Part shown: one piece after another, positions 60,759 to 64,000 of the stretch | Position numbering within the stretch: position 1 is the stretch's first letter | How the letters are laid out: each line of letters begins with the position of its first letter | From: a virus | Length of the DNA: 64,000 nt | Virus record (IMG/VR): IMGVR_UViG_3300045988_090087 | Direction: 5' to 3' (one strand) | Notes under the pieces: model-generated | Told to the model about the DNA's origin: nothing | Seen by the model: the letters and a program-made list of their open reading frames with translations, nothing else | The model's database searches: none | Program-made: the position numbers and the translations under genes

Positions 60759-61042
60759 TGAAATATATTACTATTCCTAAAAGTAGTGATACTACTATAG
60801 ATTTAGCAGCTATTACTAATAATTATAAAGGTATAATTATCGCTTATAAAGAAGGTATGGCTGTAGGAAGCATTTCATATTGTTCAGATACCGATCTGTG
60901 GTATTTTTGTGACAATATAGATAATGGTCAATTTGATACATGTAAAGGTACATTATTAGAATTAGTCAATGACTTAATAGATACTAAACATATAGCAGAT
61001 AATTTTAGATTATTAGAATTTTATACTAACAACGATGATTAG
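60758..61042 (+). CDS. Small protein, paralog family member 2
   Basis: GIIIAYKEGMAVGSISY...NFRLLEF. Confidence 0.55.
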   Translation: MKYITIPKSSDTTIDLAAITNNYKGIIIAYKEGMAVGSISYCSDTDLWYFCDNIDNGQFDTCKGTLLELVNDLIDTKHIADNFRLLEFYTNNDD

Positions 61043-61655
61043 CAGAGAAGACATTTTACAGGAAGCTTTACATAAGTGTTTTGTAGAAATGTATAGATGG
61101 GCTCAGCCTTCTATAGATTTGGATGAGCTTATTAAGAATGGATTTAAAGATAGTGAAAAAGATCCTTTATATGCTAGACATTATTTATCTCAAGATAATT
61201 TTAATTATATAAGAGATACTTATATGTATGCATATGGTATTAAGGATACTTGGGATGATACTTTTGAAATATTAATTAAACAACTCTTAGAAGGAGGTAT
61301 AGAAGATGATTATAAAGAAGCTACTCCTGATAAACCTGCTTATAGAGATTATAAAAAAGTTCTCCCACTAAAAGAAGTTATTACTTGCCCAGAAGAAGTT
61401 AATACTATTATTGACTATATAAAGAAATGTCAAAACTTTTATAAAGGACATTGCTATGAAACTAATAAATTTTCTTGTAGTATTGCATTAGGTCCTAGTC
61501 CCAATTGTAATGCAAAACATGTTACAGAATATTGGCATAGTCATGGCAAACCAGAGTTTAAAATAGTAGAATATAATATCTCAGATGTTATTTACGGAGA
61601 TGGAGATTTTGAAGAAGTATCTGATGAAGAATTCCTCGCTACATTAAAATGGTAA
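61035..61655 (+). CDS. Hypothetical protein
   Basis: ORF track. Confidence 0.6.
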   Translation: MISREDILQEALHKCFVEMYRWAQPSIDLDELIKNGFKDSEKDPLYARHYLSQDNFNYIRDTYMYAYGIKDTWDDTFEILIKQLLEGGIEDDYKEATPDKPAYRDYKKVLPLKEVITCPEEVNTIIDYIKKCQNFYKGHCYETNKFSCSIALGPSPNCNAKHVTEYWHSHGKPEFKIVEYNISDVIYGDGDFEEVSDEEFLATLKW

Positions 61656-61885
61656 CTAATGAAATTACTAAAGATAACAAGACACTACTTATCTGCTATA
61701 AAAATTCATATCCCTATGGGCAAATATTATACAACGGGAGTAAGTGGATATATATTACTAGTGTAGATATAAATAAAGTTAATTATGCGGAAGATACTCC
61801 TCATAATTTAGTACAAAAATTATTAGATAAAGAAATTATTGATAACATAATGTTTTTCACATATAATGGAGAGAATGCCAACTGA
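61649..61885 (+). CDS. Small protein, probable third paralog
   Basis: LLICYKNSYPYGQILY... Confidence 0.5.
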   Translation: MVTNEITKDNKTLLICYKNSYPYGQILYNGSKWIYITSVDINKVNYAEDTPHNLVQKLLDKEIIDNIMFFTYNGENAN

Positions 61886-62660
61886 ATTTACTTTAGAAGA
61901 AGTATTAAAAGGAAAAGCTACTAGTATTAAGGGTAAAGATTATCTTCCTACTAGAGGATATATTGAGCCTTTTCTGGAAAGAGTTCAAAAATTAACTTCT
62001 GATATTAGAGTACATGTAAAATTACCTGATCAAATCACTTATAATAAAAATGGTGATATAGATACTGCTGATTTAACTTTTAATAGAGTATGGTTAGAAG
62101 CAGTATTACCAAATGAATATCAATATGCTAATCATCAGCAGGTAATTGGTATGGTATATGGTCTAGACACTAGAAAAGCTGTTGTAAAAATGTATTCAGG
62201 TGCTCTGAATTCTGCATGTACGAATCTTTGTGTATTTAATCCAGATAGTTTAGTAGTTAATGAAATAGAACCAGAGACTCCAATTAATTTTAAACCAATT
62301 ACAAGACTTGTAGAGCAAACTACAGAGATAGGAGTTACTCTCAGACGTTTTGCAGATACAGATTTTGACTATACTAATAAAAGTTTTGTAAATGAACATT
62401 TGGGTAGATGGATTCGTAACTGTATGTCTGAATCTGTTGATAATGGTTTTGGTAAAGTAAAATTAGCTACATCAACTCCTATTGATGCTTATAAATTATT
62501 ATTTGATAAAAAAGATAGTCCATATCTTATATCAGATGATAACGCAAATATGTTTACTGTATATAATGCATTCACTCAAATTATAACTGATTCTATGAAA
62601 AAGGATATTATGAATCAGGTTGAGAAAACTTTACTAGTAAACAGCATTTTAACTTTGTAA
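61866..62660 (+). CDS. Hypothetical protein (possibly DUF932-like)
   Basis: ORF track; the SGALNSACTNLCVFN motif is only weakly reminiscent of that family. Confidence 0.55.
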   Translation: MERMPTEFTLEEVLKGKATSIKGKDYLPTRGYIEPFLERVQKLTSDIRVHVKLPDQITYNKNGDIDTADLTFNRVWLEAVLPNEYQYANHQQVIGMVYGLDTRKAVVKMYSGALNSACTNLCVFNPDSLVVNEIEPETPINFKPITRLVEQTTEIGVTLRRFADTDFDYTNKSFVNEHLGRWIRNCMSESVDNGFGKVKLATSTPIDAYKLLFDKKDSPYLISDDNANMFTVYNAFTQIITDSMKKDIMNQVEKTLLVNSILTL

Positions 62661-62681
62661 ATAATATTTTGAAATAACTAT

Positions 62682-62728
62682 ATAAGCACTATATTATTAG
62701 TTCAGTACTAGTATTATAGTGCTTATTT
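62682..62728 (+). terminator. Rho-independent terminator
   Basis: A 12-bp stem (ATAAGCACTATA / TATAGTGCTTAT) followed by TT. Confidence 0.6.
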
Positions 62729-62766
62729 CGTAGATGATTTAAAATGTTAATTTATAAATGTTATTT

Positions 62767-64000
62767 ATGGTAATAAAGAGAGACGGAATTAAAGAAGAGT
62801 TTAACAGAAACAAAATTAGAGATGCTGTACTAAAGGCTTTTGGAATTACCCAAAATTCTAGTAAGACAATGGACGAAGATATTTACAGAGCAGTTACTGA
62901 GATAACTAATTCTGTAGTAGAAACTGAAGATCAATCCATTGAGGATATTCAAGACCAAATTGAAGAACTCTTAATGGATTTAGGATATTACAACGTAGCT
63001 AAAAAATATATTCTATATCGTAAAGAACGTGAAGATATTAGAAATCATGCTACTAGGGATATTAAATTTATTCATAATTTTGTAAAGTCTGATAATACTG
63101 CTAATGCTACTATTGATGATAATAGTAATGTTGGAACTAAAGGTATTGGAGTATTAAACGCTGAAATACATAAAGTCGATAATAAACTTACTAATACAGA
63201 ATGGTGGGAAAGTTTTGTAAAGAAGAGAGACCCTAACTTTAATATAAAAGTTATGAGGAATGACTTTAAAACTATTTTGTATCCTCATGACTCATCTTCT
63301 CAAGTAGGAGAACCATATTGTATGGCAGCTTCTATGTATCCTTTCTTGTTGTTTGGATTAGAGAAATTAGGAGGTAAATCAGCTGTTCCAAAGAACCTTG
63401 ATTCATTCTGTGGTATTTATGTAAATTTAAACTTTGCATTAGCCTCTGAAATTAAAGGAGCAGTAGCTACTCCTGAGTTTCTGATGTATATGGATTATTT
63501 CTGTAGAAAAGAATGGGGAAATAATTATTATCTCAAACCAAGTGTAAAAATAACTACAGATTATTGTATAAAACAGAAAACTATTGGCAGTCAAATTGAT
63601 CAATATTTCCAACAGGTAACTTATTCCATTAATCAAATAGCAGGAGCTAGAGGAATGCAGTCCCCATTTACAAATTTTTCATTCTTCGATAAATATTTCT
63701 TTGAAGGTATGTTTGGAGAATTTGTATTTCCAGATGGAACAAAGCCAGAATGGAATTCTACTAATTGGTTACAAAGACGTTATTTACATTGGTTAAATCA
63801 AGAAAGATTAAAATGTATCTTAACATTTCCTGTGTGTAGTTATGCTTGCTTAACAGATAAGGAAGGTAATTTTAAAGATTTAGATACTTTCCATTTTATA
63901 TGCAATGAATATGCTCAAGGAAATTCTTTCTTTACTTATTTGTCTCGTAGTGTAGATAGTTTAAGTTCATGTTGCTTTTCTAAAGATACTAAGTTTTTAT
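62767..64000 (+). CDS. nrdD: Anaerobic ribonucleoside-triphosphate reductase (NrdD), 5' part, runs off the window
   Basis: Hand-translated open frame from ATG 62767 to the window end. ATP-cone start MVIKRDGIKEEFNRNKIRDAV; ...GARGMQSPFTNFSFFD...SLSSCC. It is absent from the ORF track, presumably because it has no stop in the window. Confidence 0.75.
   Translation, partial: MVIKRDGIKEEFNRNKIRDAVLKAFGITQNSSKTMDEDIYRAVTEITNSVVETEDQSIEDIQDQIEELLMDLGYYNVAKKYILYRKEREDIRNHATRDIKFIHNFVKSDNTANATIDDNSNVGTKGIGVLNAEIHKVDNKLTNTEWWESFVKKRDPNFNIKVMRNDFKTILYPHDSSSQVGEPYCMAASMYPFLLFGLEKLGGKSAVPKNLDSFCGIYVNLNFALASEIKGAVATPEFLMYMDYFCRKEWGNNYYLKPSVKITTDYCIKQKTIGSQIDQYFQQVTYSINQIAGARGMQSPFTNFSFFDKYFFEGMFGEFVFPDGTKPEWNSTNWLQRRYLHWLNQERLKCILTFPVCSYACLTDKEGNFKDLDTFHFICNEYAQGNSFFTYLSRSVDSLSSCCFSKDTKFL

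Noticed and set aside
1-64000. CRISPR arrays, rRNA genes, transposases or integrases
   Set aside because: I saw no regularly spaced direct repeats, no rRNA-like conserved blocks, and no DDE or tyrosine/serine recombinase motifs in any listed ORF.

Overview
This window looks like the early, replication and nucleotide-metabolism part of a large, visibly AT-rich tailed-phage genome. The genes are short and tightly tiled, with many ATGA/TAATG start-stop overlaps, and almost all lie on the + strand. One divergent minus-strand module sits at 441-3061. Products I can recognise from motifs:
- Replication and repair: split SF2 helicase, DnaB-like helicase, Toprim primase, SSB-like protein, RecA-like P-loop NTPase, PD-(D/E)XK exonuclease, metallophosphoesterase, RNase HI, 5'-deoxynucleotidase, NrdD.
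- NAD+ cluster: NAMPT-like, macro-domain and Prs-like genes.
- Others: a DUF2829/Tad2-like protein, a flotillin, a split AAA+ ATPase, and three homing endonucleases.

The RNA content is the unusual part. There are about 20 tRNA or tRNA-like genes in three clusters, and many are non-canonical. There is also a tmRNA-like gene and four intervening sequences: two in tRNAs and two in protein genes.

My central reading is an amber (TAG) recoding system.
- Seven genes are open only if TAG is read as sense. They contain no in-frame TAA or TGA and no frameshifts.
- Three of the seven are nucleases or homing endonucleases.
- A minus-strand tRNA interrupted by a ~1-kb HNH-bearing group I-like intron is predicted to gain a CUA anticodon only after splicing.

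All functions come from motifs read by eye, with no database search. Intron boundaries and tRNA folds are hand-derived and need computational and experimental confirmation.
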